Shown: positions 1 through 11,959 of the stretch, piece after piece
How positions within the stretch are numbered: position 1 is the stretch's first letter
How the letters are laid out: every line of letters starts with the position of its first letter
Assembly: GCF_020745735.1 (NCBI RefSeq)
Contig: NC_083409.1
Coordinates: 7,057,534 to 7,121,533 of the forward strand
Length of the DNA stretch: 64,000 nucleotides
From: Hemiscyllium ocellatum
Lineage: Eukaryota
Reading direction: 5' to 3'
The notes under the pieces: generated by a model
What the model saw: the letters and a program-made list of their open reading frames with translations, nothing else
The model's database searches: none
Told to the model about the DNA's origin: nothing
Made by a program: the position numbers and the translations under genes

Positions 1-760
1 CCAGTGTAATCATATCCCTCCTACAATGCGGAGACTACAACTGCACACAGTGCTCCAGCTGTGGCCAAAGTACTGTTCTGTATAGCTTTAACATATCCTC
101 CATGCTCTTTTAAGTTCCACCTAAAATGATTAAGGCAAGTACCCCCGATCGCCTTCATAACTGCCCTGTTAACATTTTACATCTTCAAAAGTGCATCACC
201 TCACATTTACCAGGTTTGAACTCCAGCTGCCTCGGATCTGCACATTTGACCAGTCCGGTTGTATCCAGCTGTAACCAAAAACCTTCTTCACTGTCAAACA
301 TCCGACCAATCTTCACATCATCCACAAACCCAGTTATCATCCACCTTCACATTCTCTTCGGCATTGTTCCTTTATATCATGAGCAATGCGGGACCCAACA
401 CTGATGCCTGTGATATCCCACTGCACCCTGGACCCAGTCATACAAGCAGCTTTCGAGCATCACCTTCTGTCATCTGTCACGAAGCCAAGTTTGGATCCAA
501 CTTGCCAAGTTACCCTGGATCACATAGCCTTGTATCATCTTTATCAGTCTCCCAAGTACGAACTTGTCAAAGGCCTTAGTGAAATTCATATAAACCATAT
601 CAACTGCACCTCCCTCATCTACATACCTGGTCACCTTCTCGACAAAATTCCAAAAGATTTGTTTGGCATGGACTCCCTCTGACAAAGCCGCGCTGACTAC
701 CCCAAAATGGAGATTCATTCGACCTTCAGAATTTTCTCCAATTGTATCCCTATTGCTGAT
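1..760 (-). mobile_element. CR1 LINE reverse-transcriptase fragment (degenerate)
   Basis: ORF 470-829(-) reads VDEGGAVDMVYMNFTKAFDK...GNLASWIQTWLRDR, the typical CR1 ORF2 RT motif (VDVVYMDFSKAFDKVPH); fragmented by stops. Confidence 0.8.
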
Positions 761-829
761 GAGACACCCACTGGTTTCCTTGTCCATGTCTGGCCTGATG
801 CCATGTGACTTCATCATGCCTGGAGTCAA

Positions 830-1300
830 TGTTGAGGATTTCCAGGGTCACTCCCTCCTGGCTCTATATCACTGTGCCATCACCTCTGCTGGGTCTTTCC
901 TGCTGGTGGGAGAGTACATATACAGGGATGGCGATGGTGGTGCCTGGGACACTCTTCGGTATAATCATGTAAATATTATTGTGTCAGGCTGTTGTGTGTC
1001 AGTCTAGTCTGTGAGACAGCTCTCCTGAATTTGACAGTAGCCCGCAGATGTTAGTAAGGAGGATGTAACAGGGTCGACAGGGCTGTGTTTGATGTTGCTT
1101 CTGGTGCCAAGGTCGATGCCAGGTTGTCCATCAAGTTTCATTCTGTTTCTGAGACTTCCCAGCGATTGTTAGAATGGAAGGACTTGCTCGGCCATTACAG
1201 AGGGTGGTTAACAGTTAACCTCATTGCTGTGGGTCTGGAGTCACGAGTAGGCCAGACAAGGTAAGGATGGCAAATTTCCTTCCCGAAAGGACATCGATCT
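830..1300. mobile_element. Old non-LTR (CR1/L2-clade) fragments including the common shark 3' segment GTGGGTCTGGAGTCAC...GGTAAGGATGGCA
   Basis: Same segment recurs at 30290-30440; similarity judged by eye. Confidence 0.45.
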
Positions 1301-1611
1301 TTCGTCTCAAAATCTCTTCAACAAACACCCGATCACTCACAGATCAGAACGACTTTATCAGAGAACACTGGAGAGACTTGAATCAATGCACTTTAGGAAG
1401 GAGTCACATTGGGTGCCTGTGTAGAAGGTTTTAGATTTTATTTCAAACCTTGCTGCCCAGCTCTGGACTGAGGTCAAGGGTGAGACTTCAATGAGTCTCA
1501 TTGTCCCAGGGTCAGACAAGGTCATTACTCCTCATGACCTCCTTACCCCTGGAAGCTGAGAGCACACGGAGAATAGATAGTGCCAGGACACAAAGATTCC
1601 AAACTCAAAGA

Positions 1612-2900
1612 AAGACTTGGATTCGTGAAGCACCTATTCTCAACTCATAATAACTCATGCCCTCACTTGTGCTTGTACACAGCAAGATCCTAGAGAGCAA
1701 ATTGACATGAGCAGAGAATCAGAACACTAGGGGGAGCTGCCATGTTATTTTCTAATTGTGGCTCCTGAGAGGGCAGACATCAGATTGTTCCACCTGAAAG
1801 ATGGTCCCTCCAAAAGTGCTGCATTCCCTCAGCACTGGCCCTCTGACATGGTGCGCTCCCTCAGTACTGACCCTCTGATAGTGCAGCACTCCATCAGTAC
1901 TGACACACTGATAGTACAGCACTCCATCAGTACTGATCTACTGATAGTGCAGAATTCCCTCAATACTGACTTTCTGATAGTGCAGCATTCCCTCAGTACT
2001 GATCCTCTGTCAGTGCGGCACTCCTGCGGTACTGTACCTCTGAGAGTTGGCACTCTCTCAGTACTGAACCTCTGATAGTGCAGCACTCCTTCAGTATTGA
2101 CCCTCTGATAATACAGCATTCCCTGACTCCTGACGTCTCTCAGTGCAGAACTCCCACAGTACTGACCCTCTGACAGGGCGGCACTATCTCAGTATTGAAC
2201 CACTGATAGTGAAGCACACCATCATTGCTGACCTACTGATAGTACAGCATTCCCTCATTACTGACGTTCGGATAGTGCAGCACTCCCTCAGTACTGATCC
2301 TCTGATAGTGCGGCACTCTCTCAGTACTGACCCTCTGATAGTGCAGCACTCCTTCAGTACTGACCCTTTGATAGTGCAGCACTCCATCAGTACTGACCAC
2401 ACGATAGTTCAGCATTCCCTCAATACTGACGTTCTGATAATGCAGCATTCCCTCAGTACTGATGCTCTGACAGTGCGGCACTCCCGCAGTACTGACCCTC
2501 TGAGAGTGTTGCACTCTCTCAGTACTGAACCTCTGATCGTGCAGCACTCCTTCAGTACTGACCCTCTGATAATGCGGCATTCCCTCAATACTGACGTCTG
2601 ACAGTGCAACACTCCCTCAGTCATGATCCTCTGACAGTATGACACTTCCTCAGTACTGACGCTCTGACAGTGCAGCACTTCCTCAGTAATGACTCTCTGA
2701 CAGTGCAGCACTCCTTCAGTACTGACCCCCCGACAGTTTGGTACTCCCTCAGCACTTACCCCCGACAGTGCAGCACTCCCTCAGTAGTGCACTGCACTCT
2801 CACCCTGGATGACGTGCTCATATCTCTGGAGTGGGACATGAAGACACAACATTGTGAATCTGAGGGGAGAGTGCTCCACTCTGTGGCCTGGCTGACAGCT
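1612..2900 (+). mobile_element. Deu-domain SINE (SacSINE1/AmnSINE1-like) with an internally amplified 33-bp segment
   Basis: CCTGAGAGGGCAGAC...CTGAAAGATGGTCCCTCC...GCAGCACTCCCTCAGTAGTGCACTG...GTGCTCATATCTCTGGAGTGGGACATGAA...GAGAGTGCTCCACT matches the recalled DeuSINE core and tail on both sides of the array. Confidence 0.7.
1806..2790 (+). repeat. 33-bp minisatellite (CAGTACTGACCCTCTGATAGTGCAGCACTCCCT)n, about 29-30 diverged units
   Basis: Directly visible; gives 11-aa periodic pseudo-ORFs (STDPLIVQHSL). Confidence 0.95.
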
Positions 2901-3329
2901 CCCCGTCCAATAGTCTGCCATGCTGCTCCTTCCATGCTCGAGAATACCTGGGGTGGCTGGAACTCTCCCCCAGCCCGATATAGTGCCTTCAGGAGAGCAG
3001 TTCATGGAGGTGGGGCATGCATTTCATCCACAGACAAGAAAGATCTGCATTTCTATTGAACATTCCACACCTCAGGCCTTACCAAGACATTTACAGTGGA
3101 TTGCGAACCCTGCTGCGGCAGTTTGTTATGAAAACTTTGTAAGTGATAACCAGGGAGTGGAGAGCATATGCAGCCTGTTCCATGTGGGAATTTTCGGATG
3201 ATTCCTGGCTCTTGGTATATAATGAGAGCAGGATTTGTGGTTAGTGACAGCAGTTGGAGCTCTGGGTTTGGGAGCTTGAGCAGCAGCTGGTGTCAGTGTG
3301 GAGCGTCCATGAGAGTACTATAGTGTAAA

Positions 3330-6190
3330 TCAGGGTGACTGTGCCTGGATGGGACTGCAAGGAGTGTGGGGAATAAGACTGGAGAGTTACAGACACAGAT
3401 TGTCAAGTGGAAATCTGATATTGTGGCTCCAACACAAACTGGGCGCAAAGAAGGACAGGAGGGAGTGTTAAATATTCCAAGATACAAGGTGTTCACGAAA
3501 GTAATGGGATTCGTTCAGGAGATCAGAGCAGAACTGGAGGGAGATGACATCTCAGAGGGGTCAAGGACAGAATCTATTTTGCTCAAGATAAGAATCATGA
3601 AAGGTGCAATCAGATTATTCAGTGCAGTCGAGAGGTCACCAACTAGTGGGAAGGATGGAGAGGGACAAATTTGCAGGGAACTTAGAGAGAGGTGCAAACA
3701 AGATAGGGTTAATTGGGGGGGGACATTAATTATTTGAATATAGATGGGGATAAGGGCAGTGAGGGGCCAGCGTTGTGAATCTGTATTCAGGTGAATTTTC
3801 TCCAGCCGTGTGTTCCCTATCCAATGAGAAAGGAGGCTCTGCTCGACCTGGATTTTGGGAGCAAGGAAGCCCACGTAGATCAAGTGTCAGTGAGAGGACG
3901 TTTAGGGAAGAGTGATCATTGTATCAGATGGTTTAGGGAGACAGTAGAAAAGGGCAAAGGAGAATCCAGAGTAATGTCATGATCATGGATCATATCCCAT
4001 GGGTCACCTCCAAATGTTTCACCCTTAGAAATTTTCAAATTTTAATGTAAAACAAGAGATGAGTGAGTTATAGATCAAATATTTTGCCACCGTATTTACA
4101 GTTGAGAATGACGGAAGCTAAAGAAAATCAGGAAATAAATGGTGACGTCTTGAAAAGAGCACATATTACAGAAGAAAAGGAGTTGCAGTCTGTTCTTAAA
4201 TCCCAAGAAGGTAGATAAAGCCCAAGACTTAATTAAGTCTAACCCAGAATGCTCATGAAGTCACATGGTGTGCAGGGTGTTCTAACTAGGTGGATAAAGA
4301 ACCGGTTGAGTAACAGGAGACAAGAATAGTAGCTGAAGGGAGTTTCTTGAAATGGAGAAAGATGACCAGTGGTGTTCCACAGGAATCAATGCTAGGACCA
4401 TTGTTGTTTGTGATATACATAAATGATCTGGAAGATGGCATTGGTAGTCTGATCAGTAAGTCTGTAGATGATCTGAAGAGCAGCAGAAAGTATAGGGGAC
4501 TGTCAAAGAATACCAGAGAATATAGACAGAATGGAGCGTTGGGTAGAGACGTGGCAGATGGAGTTCAATCAAGGCCAATGTGAGGTGATGCATTTTTGGA
4601 GGTCTAATTCTAGAGCAAATTATATTGTAAATGGAAAGGCCTTAGGAAACGTTTATGAGCAGAGAGATTTGGGAGTTCAGGTCCATTGTACCCTGAAAGT
4701 TGCTGCACAGTTAGACAGCGTGGTCAATAAGTCATATGGTCTGCTTGCCTTCATTGGACGGGGTATTGATTATAAGAGCTGGCAGGCCATATTAACATTG
4801 TACAAGACTTTGGTTCGGCTGCATTTAGAATATTCTGCACAGTTCTGGTCGCCACTTTACCGAAAGAATGTGGTCGCTTTGGAAAGGGTACAGAGATGGT
4901 TTACAAGGATGTTACCTTGCATGGAAGGTGCTAGCTATAAAGAGATGTTGTATAGGTTAGGACTTTTTCATTACAAAAAAAGGAGATCGAGGAGGGACTT
5001 GATTGACATCTACAAACTCATGAAGGGTAAAGTCAGGGTGAAAAGAGAGAAACTTTTTTCCCAGGGTGAGGGATTCAATAACAAAAGGTCACACATTCAA
5101 GGTGAGAGGAGAAATATTTAATGGGGATACATGTTGAAAGTACTTTACACCGAGGGTGGTAGGTGCCTGGAACGTGTTGCTAGCAAAGGTACTAGAGGCA
5201 GTCACAGTAGATTCATTTAAGGTTCGTCAGAACTGATGCATGAGTAGGTGGGGGGATGGATCAGCACTGGCTTGGAGAGCCAAAAGGTCTGTTCCTGGGC
5301 TGTAAATTTTCTTTGTTCTTTAAAGAAAGTTCAGGAAGTGACGGGGAGGCCCCTTGCAGAGATATTTGTGTCATTTACAGTCACAGGGGAGGCTTGAAGA
5401 CTGGATGATTTTGTGCCATTATTTAAGAAAGGCTGCAAGGTGAATCCAGGGAATCATAGAGCGGTGAGTCTGACATTAGTGGTGGATACGTTTGTGGAGG
5501 AAATTTTAAGAGACAGTATCTACAAATGCATTTGAAAAGGTGAGGATTGATTGGGGTAATCAGCATGGTTTTGTGTGTAAGAAATCGTGTCACACAAAAG
5601 TGATTGAAGAGGTGACCAAGAAAATAGTTGAAGGCAGAGTGATCGATATTTGTCTACATGGACTTTAGCAAGGGTTTCAACAAGGTCCTGTATGGTCGAC
5701 TGGAATAATAGGGTTAGATCCCATGGAGTACAGGGAAATCTAGTCAGCTGGAAACAAAATTGGCTTGATAGTAGACGACAGAGGGTGATGGTAGAAAATT
5801 GTTGTTCAGACGAGAAAGCTGTGTTCCACACTGTATCCACTCGTATCTATCATTTATACAAACAGTTTGGGTGAGAATTGAGGAGGTATGGTTAGTAACT
5901 TTGCAGATGACAACAAAGTTGGTGACATGTGGGCAATGACAAAGGTTGTCTGAGAGTACAATGAGATATTGATCACTTGGGCCACTGGGCCGAGGAATGG
6001 CAAACGGAGCTTAATTCAGATAAAGGTGTGGTATTGCATTTTGATAACATAAACTGGGCCAGGACTTACACAGTTAATGATCGGACCCTGGGGAGAGTTG
6101 TCAAAACGAGAGACTCAGGAGTGCAGGTGCATAGTTCCTTGAAAGGGGCATCATCGAATGACAGGGTGAATCATGGACTATCAACAGTTA
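3330..6190 (+). mobile_element. Mosaic of degenerate CR1 LINE fragments (APE endonuclease 3330-4000; RT and 3' end 4260-5300; second RT 5320-6190)
   Basis: ORFs 3366, 4347 (WRKMTSGVPQESMLGPLLFVIYINDL), 4531 (WQMEFN...LEYSAQFWSP) and 5650 are CR1 ORF2 pieces. Confidence 0.85.
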
Positions 6191-6199
6191 GCGATTTTT

Positions 6200-6390
6200 G
6201 AGAAGATCTGTGGCCCAGGTTGAGGTTCTGGATGTAGATTTGCTCGCTGAGCTGGAAGGTTCATTTTCGGTTTTGTCGCCCCCATACTAGGTAACATCAT
6301 CAGTGAGCCTTAGGGTGAAACTTGATTTGGAGCCTCACTGAAGATATTACCAAGTATGGTGATGAAATGTCATCCAGATAAACCTACATC
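6200..6390. mobile_element. Head-to-head inverted pair of Penelope pLTR-derived short repeats with decayed hammerhead motifs
   Basis: GTTCTGGATGTAGATTTG (6224) is the reverse complement of AAACCTACATCCAGAAC (6380); plus-strand CTGAAGA-attacca/agta/tggtgat hairpin-GAAA-TG-TC. Confidence 0.5.
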
Positions 6391-6394
6391 CAGA

Positions 6395-6725
6395 ACTATC
6401 AACAGTGTATAAACAGGCCATTCAGCCAAACAAGCCCATACTAACTCTCCAAAAAGCATCCCACTTATCCCTGTAATCCTGCATTTTCCATGGCTAATGC
6501 AACTCACCTACACATCCCTGGAATCTATGAAGATTTTAGCATTGCCAATCCACCTAACTTGCATATTATTGGACAGTGGGAGGAAAGCCGAGCACCCAGA
6601 CAAAACCCACGCAGACACGAGGGGAATGAACAAACTCGATGTCGGCTGTTGCCAGAGGCTGGAAATGAGTCTAGGTTCTTGGAAGTGTGAGCAGCAGAGC
6701 TAACCACTAAGCCTCCGTGTTACCG
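6395..6725 (-). mobile_element. HE1-like tRNA-derived V-SINE
   Basis: Minus strand begins ...GGAGGCTTAGTGGTTAGCTCTGCTGCTCAC (tRNA-like A box), has the V-domain TGTCTGCGTGGGTTT...TTCCTCCCAC and a CR1-like tail. Confidence 0.75.
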
Positions 6726-7364
6726 TGGTGAACAAGATGGCTGACACACTTGCCTTCATCAGTCAGAATGCTGACTGCAGAAGACAGGATGTCATTTACA
6801 GTCGTACAAGATATTGTTAAAAGCACAATTAGAGCACTGTGTGCAATTCTGGTCACCCTGCTAGAGGAATGATGTTATAAAACTGGAAAAGTTGCAAAAA
6901 GAATTTACAATGATGTTACTGAGATGGAAAGGTTTGAGTTATAAGGAGAAGGTGGATGGGCTGGGACGTTTTCCCTGGAGCAGGAGGCTGGAGGATGTCC
7001 ATTTAGAGGTTTTATAAAATCATGAGGGCCAGAGTGTGACGATGCTGCTCCTTTAATAAGGTTAGGTTGTCCTTGGCTTTTTCTCAGAGTCGTAAACACA
7101 AAAACTCCAAAATGTCTGAGTTTATCTACTTGAAGAAGCTTTAAAGTTTCCAAACAAAGATTTGTACAATGCAAGGGGAGTGGCCAGCATCATTAAACAT
7201 CAAACATGATTATAAGATCAAATGAACCTACATACCCTTCATTTGACTATCATCCATGTATTGATCTAAGAGTTGCTTAAATGTCCCAAATGTATCTGAC
7301 TCTACCATTATGCACTCCACACACCCACAAATCTCTGTGTAAAGAACCTAACTCTGACATCTGT

Positions 7365-8775
7365 TTCAGAAGGGTGGTAAGGACAAGCCATGGAGCTATA
7401 GACCAGTGAGCCTGATGTCGGTGGTGGACAAGTTGTTGGAGGGATTCCTGAAGGATAGGATGTGCATGTACTTGGAAAGGCAAGGACTGATTAGGGATAC
7501 TCAACATGGCTTTGTGTGTGGAAATCATGGCTCACAAACTTGATTGAGTCTTTTGAAAAAGTAACAAAAAGGATTGATGAGGCCAGGGCAGTAGATGTTA
7601 TCTATATGGACTTCAGTCAGGTATTCAACAAGATTCCCCATGGGAGACTGTGCAGCAAGGTTAGTTCTCACGGAATACAGGCAGAACTAGACATTTGCAT
7701 ACAGAACTGGCTCAAAGGTGGAAGACAGAGGGTGGTGGTTGACGTTTTATTTTCAGTCTGGAGGCCTGTGACCAGTGGAGTGCCGTAAGGATCGGTGCTG
7801 GGTCCACTACTTTTCATCATTCATATAAATGATTTGGATGTGAGCATAAGAAGTACCGTTAGTAAGTTTGCAGATGACACCAAAATTGGAAGTATAATGG
7901 ACAGCAAAGAAGGTTACCTCAGATTACAACAGGCTCTTGATCAGATGGGCCAATGGGCTGACAAGTGGCAGATGGTGATTAATTTAGATAAGTGCGATGT
8001 GCTGCATTTTGGGAAAGCACATCTTAGCAGGACTTATACTTATTGGTAAGGTCCTGGGGAGTGTTCCTGAACAGAGACCTTGGAGTGCAAGTTCATAGCT
8101 CCTTGAAGGTGGAGTCACAGATGGATAAGATAGTGAAGAAAGCATTTGGTATCCTTTCCTTCATTGGTCAGAGTGTTGAGTACAGGAGTTGGGAGGTCAT
8201 GTTGCTGCTGTACAGGACATTGGTTAGGTCATTTGTGGAATATTGTGTACAATTCTGAAGTCCTTCCTATCGGAAAGATGTTGTGAAACGTGAAAGGGTT
8301 CAGAAAAGATTTACAAGGATATTTCCAGAGTTGGAGGATTTGAGTTGTAGAGAAGGTTGAATAGGCTGTTTTTCCTGGAGCATAGGAGGCTGAGGAACAA
8401 TCTTATAGAAGTTTATAGAATCATGAGGGGCCTGGATAAGATAAATAGACAGAGTCTCTTTCCTGGGGTGGGGGAGTCCAGAATTAGGGGGCATAGGTTT
8501 AGCGTGAGAGGAGTAAGATGTAAAGAGACCTAAGGGGGAGCGTTTTCACGCAGAGGGTGATAAGTGTATGGAATGAGCTGCCAAAGGAAGTGGTGGAGGC
8601 TGGTACAATTGTAAAATTTAAGAGGCATTTGGATGAGTAAATGAGTAGGAAGGGGTTGGAGGGATATCGGCTAGGTGTTGGCAGGTGGGACTAGATTGGG
8701 TTGGGATATCTAGTCAGCATGGATGAGTTGGACCAAAGGGTCTGTTTCCATGCTGTACATCTCTATGACTCCATC
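7365..8775 (+). mobile_element. 5'-truncated CR1 LINE (RT to 3' end)
   Basis: ORFs 7516, 7795 (LGPLLFIIHINDLD...SKFADDTKIG) and 8043; 3' tail CTCTATGACTC. Confidence 0.9.
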
Positions 8776-8779
8776 TCCC

Positions 8780-9480
8780 TAAACCTTCCTCCAACCATCT
8801 TAAAATTTGGTCCCCTCAAGGAAGCCATTTCTGTCCTGGGAAAAGGTCTCTGGTTATCCATTCTATCTACGCCTCTCATCATCTTTTTGCATCTCTATCA
8901 AGTCACCTCTCATCCTTCTTTGCTCCAGTGAGGAAAGCCCTAGCTCCCTCAGCCTTTATCCTACAGTCCAGCCTGCATCCTGGTAAATATCCTCTGCATC
9001 CTCTGTGAAGTTTCCACACCCTTCAGATAATGAGGTGACCAGAACCGAACGCAATATTTAGGGTGTGGTCTAACCAGCGATTTACTTTGGGGCCTTTCAA
9101 CTCAATTCTCCAGCTCATGAAAACCAACACACCATACTCCTTCTTACCAACCCTATCAACATGGGTGGCAACTTGCAGAAATCTATGGACATGGACCGCA
9201 AGATCCTTCTGTTCATCCAAACTGCCTTTAACCCTGTAATCTGCATTCAAATTTGACCTAACAAAATGAATTGCTTCATACTTTTCCAGGTTGAACTCCA
9301 TCTGCCACTTCTCAGTCCAGCTCTACTTACTGTCAATATCCCATTGCAAACGACAACAGCCCACCCACACTATCCACCACTCTACCAACCTTCAGTCATC
9401 AGCAAACTTACAAATCCACACTTCCACTTCCTCTTTCAAGTCGTTTCTAAAAATCACAGAGAGCACAAATCCCAGAACAG
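8780..9480 (-). mobile_element. CR1 LINE RT fragment
   Basis: ORF 9023-9301(-) MEFNLEKYEAIHFVRSN. Confidence 0.8.
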
Positions 9481-10249
9481 ATCCCTGCAGAACAGATCCC
9501 TGCAGAACACCACCAATCACTGAGCTCCGGGCTGAATACCTTCCATCTGCTATCACCCTGTTGATGGGCATTAAGTGGGATAGTCGAATGGGTCTCAGAT
9601 AGGTTATGTTATTCTATATTCTGTTCTCTTTTATATGTTTCAGTTGGTACACTGTAAATAAATTCTGTTTTGTTTAAAGCCAAGGGGTTTTGACCATCTG
9701 CATCATTCCTGGAATATCCACTGTTCACCTGCTCAGAACAACTAGAAAAATGACAATCTGGACTAACTTCTCGAAATGTTTTGAGGGGGTCTGGCCTGGT
9801 CCATGACAATAGATAACGTAATTATCCAAGGTCTTTTTCCACAGTAGGGGATCACAAAACTGGATGGCATAGTTTAAGGTGAGAGGGAAAAGATTTAAAA
9901 GGGACATGAGAGCAACTTTTTCACCCACACAGCTGAATTATACGGAATGAGCTGCCAGAGGAAGTGGTGGAGGTGAAAACATTACAACATTTAAAAAACA
10001 TTTGCGCAGATACATGAACAGGAAAGGTATAGAGCGATATGGGTCAAATGGTGGCAAATGGGTCTCAGCAATATAGATCAGGTGAATACTTCAGGAATGA
10101 TATTAATACTTTGCAGAGAGGGCAAAAAACAATCCCAAGGAAGTTTCCGCAAAAAGGAACGTCGACGAGAAAAGATAGATTGGAGATCTTGGAACAATGT
10201 TACTTGGGAAAGGGAAGGCAGAGAGGACATTTGTTCGAGGACTTGAAAT

Positions 10250-10610
10250 GAGTAGTGATGTTGACAGAGTAAATAGGGAGAAAATGTCCCTAATCAGGAA
10301 AGGATTGAGAACGACAAGACAACAAATTGAAAGTAATTCGTAAAAGAAGCAAAAGTGAGGTAATGACAATCGTTTTCAGCCAGTGAGTGGTTAAGGTGTG
10401 GAATGCACTGCCTGAGAGTGTGGTGGAGGCAGCTTCAATTGGAACATTCCAAAGGGAATGAGACTTAGTTGAAAATGAACAATGTACAGTCTGACATGGA
10501 GAAGGCAGGAGAATGACACTCAGTGAATTGCTCATTCAGAGAGGCCGTACAGACAGGATGGTCAGAATGGCCTCCTTGTGCACTGTAACAATTCTGTGAT
10601 TATGTGATTG
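10250..10610 (+). mobile_element. CR1 3' end inserted in the J-C intron before the cluster duplication (paralogous copy at 44010-44440)
   Basis: GGTTAAGGTGTGGAATGCACTG...GCCTCCTTGTGCACTGTAACAATTCTGTGATT aligns in reverse with 44010-44330 and has the same junction to unique intron sequence. Confidence 0.75.
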
Positions 10611-10619
10611 AGCAAAATT

Positions 10620-11050
10620 TAAGCTGGGGGAGGTGCGAGCTCGGTTTCTCACAGTGCTGCTACTGCTGCTGCTGCTGCTGAGGTCAGTGAGATCAGAGAC
10701 TGGGACAGGGATCCAGAGCTCACATTTAACTCTGCCCATGTCCGTCACAGAGAGACTAGTAGGAGGTTACTCGCTGATTTCACTCCATGCTGCAGGAATG
10801 GGACCACAGGGTGCAAATGGACAGAGATCCTTCACAAGGGGAGTAAAACTTACTGACTTATATCTTGCTGCTTAAAGGCGCAATGAAACTGAAGAAATAC
10901 AGCTGGACACCCTGTTAGACACAGTGCTCCTCGTTCAACCATTTTATTCACTGCAGCTCCCCAATAACACCTTCAACAATTCAGCATTTGTGTTTTAGAA
11001 AGTGTGTTTCAGTATTGACAGGGTGAATAATGGAGGATTGAGGTTTACTT
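10620..11050 (-). promoter_or_regulatory. J-proximal J-C intron block of cluster 1; candidate intronic kappa enhancer
   Basis: Inverted homology to 43570-43995; shared CAGCTG (10900-10905), CAAATG/ATTTGCAC (10811-10819), RUNX TGTGGT (10803-10808) and CAGGAA. Confidence 0.45.
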
Positions 11051-11052
11051 AC

Positions 11053-11381
11053 TCAGTCAGAGCTTGGTTCTTTTACCAAACGTAAAAGGGTTGCTGTAAC
11101 CTTGCGTACAGTAATAGTCAGCGACATCCTCATTCTGAACGTTGCTGATTGTCAGGGTGAAACTGGCCCTGATCCACTGCCGGTGAATCGATCGGAGACT
11201 CCTGTGAATCGAGTTGCTGCATTGTAGATCAGGAGTGAGGGTTTCTGACCTTCTCGCCGCTGGTACCAGGAAAGCTCATTGCTAACAGATTGACTGGCCG
11301 TACAGGTGATGGTTGCACTCTGGCCCAGCCTCACTGACAGCACCGGGGGAGACTGGCTCATGGTGATGTCCCCACTGATAC
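11053..11381 (-). pseudogene. IGKV-IGKJ: Germline-joined Ig kappa (NS4-type) VJ exon, pseudogene
   Basis: Acceptor ttacccctcAG at 11383-11382. Reads (G)[71 protein letters not shown]; a 1-nt deletion at 11167/11166; then [36 protein letters not shown] and donor GTAAGT at 11052. No RSS between V and J. Confidence 0.93.
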
Positions 11382-11567
11382 CTGAGGGGTAAGAGAGAAA
11401 CACAATGAGGCCAGAACTGTCCCAGAAAGAGCCGGTCAAATGAGAGATTGTTGGAGACACCGAGCATTCCTCTGCTTTCCGCATTTTCCCTTCAATCACA
11501 AGTCAGTGGAATTGGAGTGAAATGGAGAGCAGCTAAAGATTCAAGGTGGAAGGAGAGAGATTTGTAC

Positions 11568-11616
11568 CTGTGACGCAGGATGCCAGGGGCCAGATCAGCT
11601 GGATGTGTGAAATCAT
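11568..11616 (-). CDS. IGKV: Ig kappa leader exon of cluster 1 (MISHIQLIWPLASCVT/G)
   Basis: ATG at 11616, 49-nt phase-1 exon, GT donor at 11567-11566; near-identical to the cluster 2 leader. Confidence 0.95.
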
Positions 11617-11676
11617 GGTGTGCGCCCCTGTCCCTGTGCCTGTTTCCTGATAAACTCTCTGTTCACTGGGCTCTGC

Positions 11677-11771
11677 TTTATAAAGCTGCAACCTGTGAGA
11701 GTCTGACTGGGTGTTCCTCAGTGTGTAAATGGCATCAGGCAGAGAGAGCCACTTCAGCCCCTCACACTTCC
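11677..11771 (-). promoter_or_regulatory. V-kappa promoter of cluster 1: TATAAA (11677-11682), degenerate octamer ATTTACAC (11723-11730), Ets GGAAGT (11766-11771)
   Basis: Positions and spacing conserved with the cluster 2 promoter. Confidence 0.65.
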
Positions 11772-11959
11772 TCGTTCCTCTCTCTCTGACTCAATCACCT
11801 GTCCTTCTCTCCCTCCTCTCTTCCTTGTACCCTCTTTTCCCTTTCTCAGCTTTCATTCTCTCTCTTTCCATTTTCTCTCTCCTTGCCAGGAAGAAGAGGC
11901 TACTGATTGTCGAGTGTTTTTCTGACTGGATGCCTTATCTCCACGATTGAGCCATAAAC

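Noticed and set aside
1758-2760. Repetitive ORFs (STDPLIVQHSL / ECCTIRGSVLR) resembling Cys-rich or zinc-finger proteins
   Set aside because: Translation artefact of a 33-bp SINE-derived minisatellite open in several frames on both strands
11152-11499. ORF-track proteins starting MIEGK... (also 42640-43011)
   Set aside because: These read through the leader intron into the V exon; the real start is the upstream 49-nt leader exon
11053-11616. Joined VJ as a processed (retrotransposed) pseudogene
   Set aside because: The leader intron, promoter and J-C intron are all present, and there is no spliced C or poly(A)
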